Positions 12,290 through 26,603 of a DNA stretch of 64,000 bases are shown one piece after another. Every line of letters begins with the position of its first letter. Position 1 is the first letter of the stretch. The position numbers and the translations under genes were made by a program. The notes under the pieces were generated by a model. It was not told where the DNA came from, made no database searches, and saw only the letters and a list, made by a program, of their open reading frames with translations. The DNA comes from Nemertoderma westbladi. Its lineage: Eukaryota > Animalia > Xenacoelomorpha. Where the stretch lies: assembly GCA_032718475.1 (NCBI GenBank), contig JAUCBJ010003131.1, forward strand, positions 1-64,000, read 5' to 3'.

Positions 12290-12960
12290 GTGAACAGGCA
12301 TTCCTTAGTATCTGCTAGTGCATCTGCTAGCATATTAGAGAGCAGGGCGTGTCATCCGCAAAGTCGGTGTCTGTGACTGTAGTTGCCAGATATCTACTAC
12401 TTCTGCGTTCTTGAAGTGTGAATCCCAGATCTTCACCCTTTGTGGCCGTCCTCATTGCATAATCCTATACAATTACGTATAGTAATGGCACCAATGTGTC
12501 ACCTTGCAGTACGCCAGCCAGGATTGAGAAGAACTCAGTTTCACCATCTGGTGAGAGTACCTGAGCTTCTGTGTCACAATATAACAATCCAATGCCAGCA
12601 ACAATTACTTCTGATATTCCGTTAAGCTCTAAGGATTTCCAGCATTTTACCTCTATGGCTGGAGTCGAATGCTTTCTTGAAGTCCACAAAAGTCAAATAA
12701 CTTAATTCCTTCAATCAGTCTCCGTAGTGCAAGTATCTGAGCTATTGTTGATCTATGGATAGTTGTAATTTCTACATTTTCGTCCAGTATGTACTTCTCC
12801 TGGCTGATGTTGTAGGCCAATTTAAGATCTTCCTTATCTTTCTCTACCTTGTTGTTGTTTTCGGTTGTTGTTTGTTTGGTTTTTACTTTGCCGGCTATCT
12901 AAGATCTTCTCTCTTACAAGTAACCTCAGAGTCTTGCCATGGCTCATACACATGAACTAT
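12290..12960 (-). mobile_element. Degenerate RTE-clade RT fragment
   Basis: AQVLSPDGETEFFSILAGVLQGDTLVP (RTE RT motif GVLQGDTL.P) with stops and frameshifts. Confidence 0.75.
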
Positions 12961-13463
12961 ATTACATGAATAATAACTTCATGAAACGCAATAATATTTT
13001 CCTTATTATTTTTAATGATAAATAATAATATCAAAGCAAAGTTATAATTCTCATCATAATATTCATAGCATTATTGGTAAGGCAATCAGCAATATTAATG
13101 CAACCCAAACACCTATGTAATAATATGATCAACATTATATTCATTAATGCTTATACACCATATCTGCAACTAAAATACACGATACGAACACCAACTTATA
13201 TGTTAGTGTTAGTCTATAAGTCACCTATGAAATTTTAAATATTTCGCCGATTTATTGCATAAAATCTAGCAGTAGAATTATGGTACCATAAATACAAATA
13301 CATAGAAGTCGATGAATTAAAACTTTTGACTCGTTCCAAAATTGAACTAAGATATTTACTTATCCATACAGATTACTTAGTCAAACAAAGTTTTAAAAAT
13401 TCACTCAGTGCATTAATTACTTTTGAATGCAACCATTAAACATAAGTTCATATATTATTGCTA

Positions 13464-13581
13464 CTAAATGTTGATAACAAAGTTTGATGTGTAAAAATTA
13501 GCAGGCGTTGTTGGTGGGTTATTGACATCTCTACTGACACAAGGGGGTGTATCAAGTCTTGGAGCTTCGCTATTTGACAAT
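13464..13581 (-). CDS. Dmrt-family gene, putative terminal coding exon 4
   Basis: Acceptor TTTTTGTTACAG, then (A) LSNSEAPRLDTPPCVSRDVNNPPTTPANFYTSNFVINI-stop. Phase matches exon 3. Minus-strand AATAAA at 13251-13256. Confidence 0.55.
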
Positions 13582-14040
13582 CTGTAACAAAAACGTATTA
13601 AATGTAATGATTTAGTAACTGGTAAAGTTGGCTTATTACATACATATTTTCTGAGGATGACGGCCTAACATGCTACGACAAACTGATCAAAACGAGGAAT
13701 CTATTATCTTCCTTTGTTTGTGGGTGAAGACCTTTTTTATTATAAACTATAGTATAAATATATACTGTAGGTTAAAATTCGCTACCATTTGTCTATATAA
13801 TTAATATCTGAGGAAGAGTTACATTTCGTTTCAAAATGTCCAGCTTATACTGTAGTTCGTTCAAGCGAAGAATTAATTAATAACAGAAAAGTTTTCTAAA
13901 CGCCCTCAATTGCTAAACTCCAGGAACTACTCATAATACATAGTGACATCAATTTAAAATAAGACGACACAAGTTTAAGCTGAGCTAGGTACGTCAAAGA
14001 ATAATGTTTTGACACAAATTTCTGATCTAAACCGGCTGTT

Positions 14041-15117
14041 CGGATCTAGGACACCCCCCCCCCGCCCAAGTAGGACACTTCCCCCCGGACACTTGCCCCC
14101 CGGACACTTGCCCCCCGGACACTCCCCCCCCCCCCCCCCCCCAGTTAAAGTGTTAAAATTAATCTGGGTGCATCAAAGCAATAAACAAAAGTTAAAGATG
14201 GTTACAGGACAAGTTGTATCTAGACAAGGTTTTTCAAAATTATAAAAGAAACATTTTTATAGTCAAATTTTGTTTGTTTTTCATTTAATTGGGGGCTGCC
14301 GCCCCCAAACCCCGGCGTTTCCCTGTGTGCCCGTGGCGAAAGACTTTGAGACCATTTTGAAATAATTAATTCATGTTTGTATCATCAGATAATAAATTGA
14401 CTAAGCCAAAAGTAGGAGCTGTATTGAATGTTAACCAAATTAATATATAAATTACTACAATATTATATAATTCAACAACATCCTATTAAAAATATTGCAA
14501 GTAACCAGGAAATTTAATATGTAGTGTGTATAATATCTATATATATAGTATGTATAGTAATATGTATATCAATATGTAATGCTGATCACAGAATACAGGT
14601 CGATGCATATCGATTTTACGCTGGAGAGATATAATTTTGATTGCAACAATAATATTCATCCCCATCTGCTACAATTTGAAGAAGACTATTACATAATAAT
14701 ACCTATAATTAAAACAATTAATTATTATAATTCTATAGTTAATAAAAACAGTATATCATTTGGGGATGGAATTTATAGGTCATCTAATTAATTGTTTAAA
14801 GATTAGCAAACAATACGATGTAATTGCATTGATAAAACCCATAAATAAAACTTGGATATAAAATGTAAAATCGGGATGCAAAAGATCACTTTCTGAGCTA
14901 CGAAAGGAAAATTGGATACAACTTGTCTGGATACAAGCGGTCCGTTTACCTTACAAAATGAAAAATACGAATGTGCGAAGTTAAGAACAGTCGGGGGGGA
15001 AGTGTCCGGGGGGAATTGTCTGGGGGGGAAGTGTCCGGGGGGGAAGTGTCCTACTTGAGCGGGGGGAACTGTCCGGGGGGAAGTGTCCGGGGGGGGGGGG
15101 GAAGTGTCCGAACACCG
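14041..15117. mobile_element. Non-autonomous DNA transposon with repeat-structured TIRs (MULE/Phantom-like)
   Basis: Ends CGGATCTAGGACAC / GTGTCCGAACACCG; inverted subterminal arrays of GGACACTTCCCCCC. Flanking duplication GCTGTT, extendable to ACCGGCTGTT, so TSD length is ambiguous. Confidence 0.75.
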
Positions 15118-15348
15118 GCTGTTCCTATACAGTTGGTTGTTGAGTAGTCGTTAAGCTTGTTTCTGTACAAGTCGATTAAATGTTTCTGATTTGCGTTGAT
15201 CATATTACTGTATGTGCGATATATATATTTTTTTTGTATTATTATTTGTCATCATGTAATGCCCATATTGAAATATAGCAAACTGCAATTATTAACAAAA
15301 TGTAAGTTTTCGCATTCACCATGGAGTATTGTACAACCTATTTTTATA

Positions 15349-18300
15349 GCACATAAACGATACTTCAACCTGTTCTATACTTAGCCACCGCACATAAACG
15401 ATACTTCAACCTGTTCTATACCTAGCCACCGCACATAAACGATACTTCAACCTGTTCTATACCTAGCCACCGCACATAAACGATACTTCAACCTGTTCTA
15501 TACCTAGCCACCGCACATAAACGATACTTAAACCTGTTCTATACTTAGCCACCGCACATAAACGATACTTCAACCTGTTCTATACCTAGCCACCGCACAT
15601 AAACGATACTTAAACCTGTTCTATACCTAGCCACCGCACATAAACGATACTTCAACCTGTTCTATACCTAGCCACCGCACATAAACGATACTTCAACCTG
15701 TTCTATACCTAGCCACCGCACATAAACGATACTTAAACCTGTTCTATACCTAGCCACCGCACATAAACGATACTTCAACCTGTTCTATACCTAGCCACCG
15801 CACATAAACGATACTTCAACCTGTTCTATACCTAGCCACCGCACATAAACGATACTTCAACCTGTTCTATACCTAGCCACCGCACATAAACGATACTTCA
15901 ACCTGTTCTATACCTAGCCACCGCACATAAACGATACTTCAACCTGTTCTATACCTAGCCACCGCACATAAACGATACTTAAACCTGTTCTATACCTAGC
16001 CACCGCACATAAACGATACTTCAACCTGTTCTATACCTAGCCACCGCACATAAACGATACTTCAACCTGTTCTATACCTAGCCACCGCACATAAACGATA
16101 CTTAAACCTGTTCTATACCTAGCCACCGCACATAAACGATACTTCAACCTGTTCTATACCTAGCCACCGCACATAAACGATACTTCAACCTGTTCTATAC
16201 CTAGCCACCGCACATAAACGATACTTCAACCTGTTCTATACCTAGCCACCGCACATAAACGATACTTCAACCTGTTCTATACCTAGCCACCGCACATAAA
16301 CGATACTTCAACCTGTTCTATACCTAGCCACCGCACATAAACGATACTTAAACCTGTTCTATACCTAGCCACCGCACATAAACGATACTTCAACCTGTTC
16401 TATACCTAGCCACCGCACATAAACGATACTTCAACCTGTTCTATACCTAGCCACCGCACATAAACGATACTTAAACCTGTTCTATACCTAGCCACCGCAC
16501 ATAAACGATACTTCAACCTGTTCTATACCTAGCCACCGCACATAAACGATACTTCAACCTGTTCTATACCTAGCCACCGCACATAAACGATACTTCAACC
16601 TGTTCTATACCTAGCCACCGCACATAAACGATACTTCAACCTGTTCTATACCTAGCCACCGCACATAAACGATACTTCAACCTGTTCTATACCTAGCCAC
16701 CGCACATAAACGATACTTCAACCTGTTCTATACCTAGCCACCGCACATAAACGATACTTCAACCTGTTCTATACCTAGCCACCGCACATAAACGATACTT
16801 CAACCTGTTCTATACCTAGCCACCGCACATAAACGATACTTAAACCTGTTCTATACCTAGCCACCGCACATAAACGATACTTCAACCTGTTCTATACCTA
16901 GCCACCGCACATAAACGATACTTAAACCTGTTCTATACCTAGCCACCGCACATAAACGATACTTCAACCTGTTCTATACCTAGCCACCGCACATAAACGA
17001 TACTTAAACCTGTTCTATACCTAGCCACCGCACATAAACGATACTTCAACCTGTTCTATACCTAGCCACCGCACATAAACGATACTTCAACCTGTTCTAT
17101 ACCTAGCCACCGCACATAAACGATACTTCAACCTGTTCTATACCTAGCCACCGCACATAAACGATACTTCAACCTGTTCTATACCTAGCCACCGCACATA
17201 AACGATACTTCAACCTGTTCTATACCTAGCCACCGCACATAAACGATACTTAAACCTGTTCTATACCTAGCCACCGCACATAAACGATACTTCAACCTGT
17301 TCTATACTTAGCCACCGCACATAAACGATACTTCAACCTGTTCTATACCTAGCCACCTCACATAAACGATACTTCAACCTGTTCTATACCTAGCCACCGC
17401 ACATAAACGATACTTCAACCTGTTCTATACCTAGCCACCGCACATAAACGATACTTCATCCTGTTCTATACCTAGCCACCGCACATAAACGATACTTCAA
17501 CCTGTTCTATACCTAGCCACCGCACATAAACGATACTTCAACCTGTTCTATACCTAGCCACCTCACATAAACGATACTACAACCTGTTCTATACCTAGCC
17601 ACCGCACATAAACGATACTTCAACCTGTTCTATACCTAGCCACCGCACATAAACGATACTTCAACCTGTTCTATACCTAGCCACCGCACATAAACGATAC
17701 TTAAACCTGTTCTATACCTAGCCACCGCACATAAACGATACTTCAACCTATTCTATACCTAGCCACCGCACATAAACGATACTTCAACCTGTTCTATACC
17801 TAGCCACCGCACATAAACGATACTTCAACCTGTTCTATACCTAACCACCGCACATAAACGATACTTCAACCTGTTCTATACCTAGCCACCGCACATAAAC
17901 GATACTTCAACCTGTTCTATACCTAGCCACCGCACATAAACGATACTTAAACCTGTTCTATACCTAGCCACCGCACATAAACGATACTTCAACCTGTTCT
18001 ATACCTAGCCACCGCAAATAAACGATACTTCAACCTGTTCTATACCTAGCCACCGCACATAAACGATACTTAAACCTGTTCTATACCTAGCCACCGCACA
18101 TAAACGATACTTCAACCTGTTCTATACCTAGCCACCGCACATAAACGATACTTAAACCTGTTCTATACCTAGCCACCTCACATAAACGATACGTCAACCT
18201 GTTCTATGCCTAGCCACCGCACATAAACGATACTTCAACCTGTTCTATACCTAGCCACCGCACATAAACGATACTTCAACCTGTTCTATACCTAGCCACC

Positions 18301-19060
18301 GCACATAAACGATACTTCAACCTGTTCTATACCTAGCCACCGCACATAAACGATACTTAAACCTGTTCTATACCTAGCCACCTCACATAAACGATACTTC
18401 AACCTGTTCTATACCTAGCCACCGCACATAAACGATACTTCAACCTGTTCTATACCTAGCCACCGCACATAAACGATACTTCAACCTGTTCTATACCTAG
18501 CCACCGCACATAAACGATACTTAAACCTGTTCTATACCTAGCCACCTCACATAAACGATACTTCAACCTGTTCTATACCTAGCCACCGCACATAAACGAT
18601 ACTTCAACCTGTTCTATACCTAGCCACCGCACATAACGATACTAAAACATGTTCTATACCTAGCCACCGCACATAAACGATACTTCAACCTGTTCTATAC
18701 CTAGCCACCGCACATAAACGATACTTCAACCTGTTCTATACCTAGCCACCGCACATAAACGATACTTCAACCTGTTCTATACCTAGCCACCGCACATAAA
18801 CGATACTTCAACCTGTTCTATACCTAGCCACCGCACATAAACGATACTTCAACCTGTTCTATACCTAGCCACCGCACATAAACGATACTTCAACCTGTTC
18901 TATACCTAGCCACCGCACATAAACGATACTTCAACCTGTTCTATACCTAGCCACCGCACATAAACGATACTTCAACCTGTTCTATACCTAGCCACCGCAC
19001 ATAAACGATACTTCAACCTGTTCTATACCTAGCCACCGCACATAAACGATACTACAACCT
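15349..19060. repeat. 41-bp tandem satellite, about 90 copies
   Basis: Unit GCACATAAACGATACTTCAACCTGTTCTATACCTAGCCACC, near-identical copies with a recurrent TTCAA/TTAAA variant. Confidence 0.97.
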
Positions 19061-19172
19061 CCAAACTCCAATATGCTGAAAAGTGGATCACTTATTGTTG
19101 CAAACAGGATACTTCCTATTGTCTTGAGAAAGCAATAATTTATTTATTTATTTATAATTATTTTATACTTAC

Positions 19173-19239
19173 CTAGTTTTGTCAAGTATACTTCGGCTGG
19201 CAACATTAATTTGGAATCCCCTATCGCAACTGCTGAATC
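19173..19239 (-). CDS. Dmrt-family gene, putative exon 3 (67 nt)
   Basis: Acceptor TTATTTATTTAG, donor GTAAGT. Reads (G)FSSCDRGFQINVASRSILDKT(R) and is phase-compatible with exons 2 and 4. Confidence 0.6.
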
Positions 19240-21559
19240 CTAAATAAATAATTGTTTTTGTTACATTTGAAATGTATTAAATACACGGACATACCATTGT
19301 AAGTAACACTTTCAAGAGTCCCCCGCATTCATAAATAGATCATTAATTTTGTGGAAAATGTAGAGTAGGACTAGATAATGTTTCAATGCCAAATAAATGT
19401 CCAGAATTCCACATATTTGATTCGACCTTCGAGGATATTTACTGGTTATTGAAAAGTTTAAAGCAAAGTAAAGTCATTTGTGAAACGTAACCACAAAAGA
19501 TCTGAGGATATTATCTCTCTTGGCAGTTACCTGTAATGAGGAGTGGGCGCCAGATTAACTCCCAAGGATCAGCACCAATTAACTAGCCAAGGTTTTAATC
19601 CCCCAACAGTAGCCATGTACTATACTGCCAAAAGGATGACAAAAGCCCAAAACGTCAAAAGAGTTTTGCTTAGTTATATAAATACACCTGTGATAAATTT
19701 CCACAGCCTTTATTTGGAACCTGCGCTTCCAAAGACTTGTTAAATCAGTCAGGCGCGGGATTCGCCTCAACACAGAAGCGTTATAATTATTAGGTTTTAA
19801 CCTGATCAATTAAACCAAAAACACTGAATAGCATAATAAGTGAGAAGTGTAGGGCGTCACAAACTGTAGGGCGTCACTTACGCAATGGCTTTGAAGGAGA
19901 GTCGCCATATAATTGATGTCGATGTGGTGGCACATGAGATGGTATTTGATGCTTGTTTGACGGTGGTGCGGTGTCTGTTTCACATAGATTTGATACGTTT
20001 TGAACGTGATCACTGTAATGGCTTATACATTCACTGAAGTCATCAACAGATTTGGAATTTACTGCAATTGTTAAATATATAACTACAATTAGATATATAA
20101 TACTTATGTTTTAACATCCATATATTATCAATTAAGTAATTTTAACTTTAACAGGACGAAAATGAAACCCTACCGGTGGCGATTTCATTTTTCCTTTTTT
20201 CCCCTTTTATCCCTATTGTCATGAATAATGATAATTTTTTCTCGAATTCTTCCACAGTGATCTATCTATATGACATCAACACCCGGTAGCAGCTAGCAGA
20301 CCAGACCCTGTTACCGGATAATCCCCAACTACCAATCAATGAGCTACAATATGATTGTATTTTACACAAAGCGTGGTAATGCGGTGGGTCAGACAGCAAA
20401 TCCAGTTCGTTATAATTCGAGGCGCTTCTCACTGCCTTAGTGGATCCCGGATCAAGTGGCGGTCTGGACTCGGAATGGACGACCGTGCCGGTTTGACAGG
20501 GCTATAAACCATTATATTATATTCTAAACTAATATTTTATTACAAGCAGAGACAAATTTTACACAAAGCGAGATTCAAAATAGATATATAACAAAGAAAA
20601 TATTTACGGAATGTTATATTCAATCACTTAACAGTTTCTTTATTAATATCGTTTTGATTTATTTCAGTTCGCGTTGCATCTTGTAACAACGTTATTTGTA
20701 TTTTATATCTTTATTGCAAAATAGAGGAATTAATAATAAACGGATTCATTTTGTCGTTTTTTTATATTTTTATTTAATGACGACATTGCAATGTAATTTC
20801 CACTCAAGTCGAACCGCTTTAAATAGTGAAAGCCTACCGGAAAAGCACTAGGAAATCCTTATGTCACACAATTTTTACACGATTATTTAGAGACAGCACC
20901 TCCTTGGAAGTCTGTTAACGAGAGACCTGGGGCGGATTACCTAACGTGGGACAACACTGTCTGACCTGAGACGTCGGTGTCTGTAGACAAGTCTGTCAGG
21001 TTGAATGTAGTTCAGTGAATTAAACAAGCCCAATTATAATTTTGGCCAGTTTAAAATAGCAGTGTAATATAAAATCGTTCTTCAAAGTTTCTAATGTTTC
21101 TAAAAAATGGCAATGCCACCCAAAATCAGCGAGTCATACAACACACACACTCACATTAGTTAATTTGGTTTTCCGTTATACATACCGTGGGTGGGTTTTC
21201 ATGTAATTGAGATCGTAACTTGAATACTCAAAACTTATAATCTTACGTCAGCTTGCCATTTTAATGTAGATTTGTCCAATACTTTTTATTAACGTCTGTG
21301 TGTGTCAAATACCTTTCAAGGAATATTATTATGCTTATAACTCCTATAAATGAATAGAAGACTGTAACTTCCAAAACATTTGGAAGCATAATAAGTAAAA
21401 AATAAATACCATTTGTTTGCACCATGTAAAATATATAAATTAAAATTTACGTACTGTCTCCCCTTTGAAATATCAATATTAAAATATAGTAGAATGTTAT
21501 AGATCTTAAAAATAAGTTAACAGTTTTGAAATGGTATTAATTGTTATGTCCTAGAGGGT

Positions 21560-23060
21560 GGTGAGGAATAGTGCACGTCGAATGTCCGATTTACATGGTG
21601 GGATGGCGGTACGGTTTTTGTAGTGGAATTTGGATGATGTTGTGTTGCAGAGCCAACAAATGCAATCGGTATCTGCTTTCCAGCATGATTTGTTGCAGAT
21701 CGTGTGGTGACAACCATTGGATATCAAGAGAGCAGCTGCACGGCGACGTTATCCAGTCAGACCTTCTAGACGGACATCGCAATCGGGGTCACTGTGATTG
21801 TCGATGGCATTTAGTATGGCGGTCGATGAAGAGTACTTACTGACACCACACCATAGTTTAAAGTAAAAGGCACGAACGCGCTGTATATGTTCTAGATAGG
21901 CGATTTCTTCACTAGATATGAATATGTCACAACCGTAGGAGATGGAGGTGTAAACTACAGACAGCCAGAGACGTGTAGCGGAATCCAGTGATATTGCCGA
22001 CATGTTAATGTTCAACGCCAGTAGGACACAACTTGCCAAACTCTTTCTATATGAATGTGTATAGTGACCACTAGGACCATTTTTTGTTGACAGAATAATA
22101 CCGAGGTAATTGAAGCAGCTTACAAATTCGAGTTTAGAACCATTATATAATAAGACGTCTTTGTTGGACAGACGACCCCCTCAACGAAATTTTACTGCTT
22201 TGGTTTCTTGTTGTTTATTAGTTGCTTATATACACGTTTGCACTCGGTGTAGGTTGCACGAGTAGATGTTATTTTCTATCATGTGGTCTAAGGCATCTGA
22301 GGTTTTCCTATTGGCTGTATAACATTCCCGATCGAACCACGGCTTAGACTTTCGTCTTGGTGCTGTAGATGTAGAATCTGAGATCGCTTTGGTTATAAAA
22401 GAGCACGCAGTGTCAACTCCACTGTTTAGTAGAGCTTGCTGAAAAAGTGTTTCATCGAGGCAGTCCGCGAGTTAATACAGCTGTATACGACGGATTGGTT
22501 TAGTTCGTTGTTTTCTGTTATCTGGGCTATTGTTTAGGTTAAGTTTTACAACTACCCATTGATGTTTTAGTGTTTATTGTAAGTTAAATATGTATTGATA
22601 ATAAATCTATCAGACATTCGTTGATGAACACAGGGTCAATAACACTATTGCCATTCCAACAGTAATAGGTTGGTGAGGCAGAGTCATTTATGGAGTGTAA
22701 ACCTAAGGCAAGCAGCCCACTGCATAGAAGATCACCCCGGTCACTATAACCCTCTAGGCGACAGTTGAAATCCCCAGCCAGTAGGATTGGTGTATCACAT
22801 TTCGCACGTATTGTATTTACAGGCTGCAATTAGTTCCAAGAGAATGTCGGTAACATCCGTAGACGGTAGACAGACCTCCGGATGGGTGGCCTTTGTCTCC
22901 TTTTTCACTGGGTACATTGTGGCACGTGAAGCCCGATATTACTAAATCTCCAGTCAAGGTTTCAGTTAATAGTAAGTAATATATCAGATGTTTCAAATGT
23001 ATCATACATTGTTGTGTTGATCGTCGTTTGAGCTTCTTCCACATTCCATACCACAATATT
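21560..23060 (-). mobile_element. Degenerate APE-type LINE (RTEX/CR1-like) with most of the RT deleted
   Basis: Endonuclease motifs ILLAGDFNCRL and PTYYCWNGNSVID, linker SKPWFDREC, thumb LEFVSCFNYLGIILS. Many stops. Confidence 0.7.
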
Positions 23061-23513
23061 TAAAGTACTACTGTTAATGTTTTGGGGTCCAATTTCATTG
23101 GAAATATAGAATGGTAGTTCCTGTAACAGTTTCAGATTGTATATAGATATGTATTTGGGACACAGATATTGGTGTTTCTGTAAACTGGCAGGGTAACGGT
23201 AAGGTTTCGAGCACCCTTGACATAAGAGTACGGTTTTGTTTTCATTCAGAGTTAATTTTGTGAGAGGTGGTGAGATGTTTCCATTTGATATAACTTCTAT
23301 AAATCTTTCCCCATTATTGTAATATTGAGTGCATTATATTCTCTGTATTATGTATTTTATCCTGCTTTCATATTATTCTAAAGTCTATCGCGATTGTGAC
23401 TTGAACTTGAGTTTAATTAATTGTTATTGGTCAATCGTAAAATTTAATTTGCAATCTGGCAAATTACTACTTGGGAATCCGGGAAACGATACGAAATCAA
23501 AGCTTAGTAGGAG

Positions 23514-23624
23514 CGGACTGTACTGGACCGGACTGGACCGGACCGGACTGGACCGGACCGGACTGGACTGGACCGGACTGTACTGGACCGGACTGGACCG
23601 GACCGGACTGGACCGGACCAGACC
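23514..23624. repeat. (GGACC/GGACT)n pentanucleotide microsatellite
   Basis: Directly visible. Confidence 0.9.
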
Positions 23625-24930
23625 ATTTCCAGTAGATTCAGCTCCAATTTCATAAGTTCTTTTACGTGGATGATGGCCCCCCACATATGGGTAACTTTCC
23701 TTGTGCAACAATGGGGGGGGTTACCGTAAAAATGCAGAATCACATTGATATGAACATGTTGAAAAATTAACGCTGGAAAAATAAAAATTGTATACATTTA
23801 TATCGCTAAGCCACTGTACCATTAAATCAATTAAATTACCGAATCAGAAGTCGATCGTGTTAGGGGCATGCTGCTGAGACAAGCTTACACATCATTCAGG
23901 TTACACGTATGAGGCCAAAATTTCACATGTTAGTGGGGTTCGTATTCATTGAACACACATCAATGGTAGACGGGGCACATTTTGTATCATTTGGTTATTT
24001 TCTTAGAATTTTTCGTACACTCTATGAGTATTATTAAATTATTAGTAATATAGTATTATATTGATTGAACTTCTACAGTCTTCATATAAACTGCAGATCG
24101 GATTTAAGACGATTATTTTGAAAATAATTGTTTGTAATAACGTAAAACTGTTGCATTTAATCCGATTGATTTATATTATAACTTACTGTATGAATAGTCG
24201 CCTCCAGCTGACGAAGTTTGTGGATAATAGGAAAGAGTGCAATCGGGTTTAGTGTAAGGTTTCAGCCTGTTATCGGGCCATGCATAACTGCAAGAAAAAG
24301 TCAGCAGTCAGTTATATTGTATCAAAATAGGGTCATTAGTAGACTCTAATGTTGTTCTAATAATTAGGCAACTTGAACTTTGGTATTATCAGTATAATAC
24401 AACATTAAATACCGGTAACAATGTATATTTTCAGGATAATACAATTTTCAACAACAATGTAATATCCCAATCCAATTTTTTTTTCAACAATAAAATTTTT
24501 ATTGTTTATTAATAATTTTGTTTTTAGTTTCAATTACATTGATATGTTTGCATGGATAATGATATAGAACTATAAAGACCAATAATCCTACCATTTCAAC
24601 GAAGATTTCCGTTTCCACTGGTAGGCATTTTCGGGATAATTTTGTACTGAATTTGGAAATTCCCAGGAACTATTCGTTAGTATAGCGTTGGGTGGGCAAG
24701 GCTCCATCATCAGGAAGTCTTTATTTTGGCTCAACAGATTTCTTTCTGCAAAAATTATTTTCATGACATGAATAGTAATGTAAGTTATGTTTCAACTACA
24801 TACAAACCATCAACTCTATATTAGTAGATGTAAAAAAAGTAAATTATTGAGAATAATAATATTCTACTGCATTAAAATGTACACAATGGTGATGGGGCCA
24901 TTTAAGTTCTAATGTGATAAGTTCTGAACA

Positions 24931-26400
24931 ACTACTACTACTACGATTGGCATGCTGCATTGCAGCAGCATTATGTATATATTACATATATATTAAGAAT
25001 GCTGTGCCGGCTTGTCGACAAAATTGCGCCGCCACAACATTGATGGCATCAACCTGTTGGTTTATTAGCTCCTGTAGATTAACAGAGTACTGCCTGTTCA
25101 GGGACCTAGATGCAGCCTTAAATGCATTTTTGGCTGCTGTAGTCTGTTTGAGTCGGGACTCTTTCTGCACCTTATAGAGGTCATTTCGGCACTTCCGAAT
25201 TTTATGGTCAGTCCGGGGGCCTTTTTCGAGGCTATACGGGAACTGTTTCTGCAGCTGCTAACTTAACTGCTTCTGTGAAGGCAGTATAGCCCTCGCAGTG
25301 ATCTGCCACCTCAGAGGCAATAACTTCATACCTGTTGCTCAGCTGTAGTAGTGTGAAGCTGGATCTCACACTTGGCTGTTACAACAGAGATGCTGCAGCA
25401 AGGCAGATTTTGTTGTTCTGCTAGCACGCAGACTAAATCTTACCTTGGCCACAATAAGGTGGTGGGTGATCACTGGAGAAGGGTCGAAGTGTAAATGCAT
25501 TACAGTCGTGTATAGAGCTCCTGTATTTCCAACGAAACATAATATGGTCTATCTGGGACTTGTGACCACTGGGTCCACTATGAGTCCATAGCTTTCAAGT
25601 TCGCTTCTTGAACTGCGTTTCAGCTGAAAACAATCTATTTCCAGAGATAAAATCCTGAAGATGGACGGAATTTCGGTTAACACTATTGCTATAGACCCAG
25701 GGCGATGTAGGTGATTGATGCAGACTTGCATTAAAGTCTCACAGGAATGTTAAGAATGCATGCTGATCCACTCCATCAGTAGCTGCTTGTATATTGTGGT
25801 AGAAATTTCCCACCTCCTCTACTGGGGCAACACTAGTTGGAAAATAGCACACAATCAGAACCATCTTAGGAAACTTCTTAGCCAGTTTTGCAGAACATGA
25901 GAAGTGGCAACAGATAATGCGGTTAGAGATTTGGTCTATTTTATCCAATGCTGCATGTGCAGTTGGATTCATCAATAGACCAATTCCATCATTGCCACTA
26001 TCATCTGCTGATGCGAGGGCGAGTCGCCAACCGCCCCCCATGTCCTTAATCAGAACCTCATCAGTATGTCCAGTCTGCATTCGGTGCTCTTGAATACCCA
26101 CTGCGCTAAGAGAAAGCTTATCTGCCAAGGCAGTCAGCTCACCTTGTCGCATTTGCATTAGGGACCCCAGTGTTAGAGTGTTAACTGAGGCTAGTCTAGT
26201 AACTTGCCTCAGGTTCACCAATGGCTCGGTTGGTCGGGGTGGAACATGAGAGTAGCCTACAACTCAAGAATCACTCTCCCCCTCACAATCTGGCCACCCT
26301 GGTGATCCAGGGTCTGGGCCAAAGAGGTCATCAGGAAAAGGACTCACAGAATTGTTGGCCGCTCCGCAATTCGTATGATTTGCAAATGTTTTGGGTGGGA
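24931..26400 (-). mobile_element. RTE-clade LINE keeping its 5' end/APE domain and 3' tail but lacking the RT
   Basis: APE motifs RLASVNTLTL, AVGIQEHR, NDGIGLLM (25739-26221). The 3' end GCTGCAATGCAGCATGCC-(TAG)n at 24931-24970 matches the 3' end of the RTE at 59190-59228. Confidence 0.75.
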
Positions 26401-26603
26401 GCGGAGCATACCACCATGTATGTTATTAAAAGTCTAACTGCAATGTCTCAAAAAATTAATGGCATTTACTTTGGATGATTCATGACCTACTATTATATTT
26501 ACGGGTGATTCGATGTCGACCCATTAACCCTATTCCCACTGGGGTGTTTCACTGTTTAGACCATTAGCTGCACTGGCGGGGGGCCGATTTGAATTGAATT
26601 GAA

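Noticed and set aside
13806-13845. CTGAGGAAGAG...TTTCAAAATGTCCAG resembling a decayed Penelope hammerhead
   Set aside because: GAAA core and stems are not intact.
15349-19060. CRISPR-like regular repeats here and at 60268-63312
   Set aside because: Head-to-tail units without unique spacers, no cas genes, eukaryotic context.
20360-20570. 14-bp direct repeat TTTTACACAAAGCG around a ~180-bp segment
   Set aside because: Could be the TSD of a short retroposon, but no family features are identifiable.
23329-23797. ORFs with WTGLDR / SSPVR repeats
   Set aside because: Translations of the pentanucleotide microsatellite.
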